DNA of 63,958 nucleotides, the filler included, from Lama guanicoe (lineage: Eukaryota): NCBI GenBank assembly GCA_013239625.1. It is 78 parts of 76 records of this genome, joined end to end, with 100 filler letters (N's around TTAATTAATTAA, not from the genome) between each part and the next. Parts side by side here need not be neighbours in the genome. Positions count along the whole stretch, not along the records: positions 62,695 to 63,209 come from PNXV01025388.1; positions 63,310 to 63,790 come from PNXV01025389.1; positions 63,891 to 63,958 come from MU057310.1; 75 more parts are not named here. One strand, 5' to 3'. The first letter of the stretch is position 1, and every line of letters starts with the position of its first letter. Under the pieces are notes generated by a model. That model was not told the DNA's origin. It saw nothing but the letters and a program-made list of their open reading frames with translations, and ran no database searches. This document shows, piece after piece, positions 62,831-63,958 of this stretch. A program made the translations under genes and the position numbers.

Positions 62831-63890
62831 CTAGAGACAACAGTTTATCTGATCTTATTCATTTCTCAAGGGCTATTTTAAATGAAATTCTACCTGCCCA
62901 GGTTAGCTTTATCCCAGGAATCCAAGTCTTGGGGAAAGTCTGTTAATTATTATATGAGATGATTTGCATAAGGAACAACAAAAGCACACCAGCAATGAGC
63001 GATGTTCTTGGCTGAGGAAAGGGCAGGGTTTGACTTAACCCTAAAAGGTTCACATCTGTTTCTGCTCCACTGAGGGACCTAACTGTAGTTTACAGGGATT
63101 CAAAAATTATGCAGAAATTCTACAGCCTCAGAGTAGCCTGAAGATCTCTTCTGAGAGTCGCACGTAACAAGGAGAGTTATACTATGCTCAGCCCGTAGGC
63201 ATACTTGCTNNNNNNNNNNNNNNNNNNNNNNNNNNNNNNNNNNNNNNNNNNNNTTAATTAATTAANNNNNNNNNNNNNNNNNNNNNNNNNNNNNNNNNNN
63301 NNNNNNNNNACGGGATGCTCACAGTCATTTTCATTTTCTGGTGTTGCACTTTATGAAGATTTTCCATGAGAAATACTGCTCAGCCTTTTCCTGAATGAAG
63401 GATTGAATTTTCCACAGGAAATCTTATGAAAGAGAGTGACAAGGCACATGGGTTTCCCAAAAAGGATAGTTAATGTAATAAACTCTCACTATGGTGAGCT
63501 TTTTTAATAAACAAGTCAGTTGAAAACTTTATCCCTAGGTCATATGCCACAAATCAGTCTTAAAAATAAAAAGATTCAAATTTTATAGAAGAAGAAGTTT
63601 GAATCAAGTAGAAATTATGATTTGTACACTATTTCTTGTTAGAACTTATACTCAGTCTTATCATAATTGCCTGTGGTAGGAAATGGATCATTATTTATTT
63701 ATTTATTTAAAAAAATCCACTAGGTGCTATTTGCCCCATTCTTTTATTTTTTTTAACATTTTTTTATTGATTTATAATCATTTTACAATGNNNNNNNNNN
63801 NNNNNNNNNNNNNNNNNNNNNNNNNNNNNNNNNNTTAATTAATTAANNNNNNNNNNNNNNNNNNNNNNNNNNNNNNNNNNNNNNNNNNNN

Positions 63891-63958
63891 GGTTTGCAGG
63901 CAATCCCATTGACAGAGGCTGACTCCCCAACTTCAGGGAAGGTATTTCTCAGAATTCC
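63891..63958 (-). repeat. Satellite A fragment
   Basis: 'ggtttgcaggcaatcccattgacagaggctgactccccaacttcagggaaggtatttctc' is the reverse complement of the satellite A unit. Confidence 0.9.

Overview
This is not a contiguous locus. It is about 78 short (roughly 0.4-1.5 kb) unplaced mammalian assembly scaffolds joined by an artificial 100-bp spacer, N44-TTAATTAATTAA-N44, which has stop codons in all six frames. Adjacency across a spacer has no biological meaning. A tRNA-Ala-derived SINE of the Vic-1 type points to a camelid genome. The content is mostly repetitive: three tandem satellite families (a GC-rich 267-bp monomer, a 246-249-bp monomer with two subfamilies, and an AT-rich 7-bp-periodic TAGAATA satellite), a strongly diverged ~265-bp relative of the 267-bp satellite, many LINE-1 fragments, MaLR/ERV LTRs, MIRs, DNA-transposon fossils, and a mitochondrial COX1 fragment (NUMT-like) fused to GGA repeats. 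No intact protein-coding gene or novel genetic system is supportable. Nearly all supplied ORFs come from N-runs, satellites or L1 remnants. The best leads are the satellite relationships, the COX1 fragment, one plausible orphan 99-nt exon, and a recurring duplication-plus-A-filler assembly artefact.
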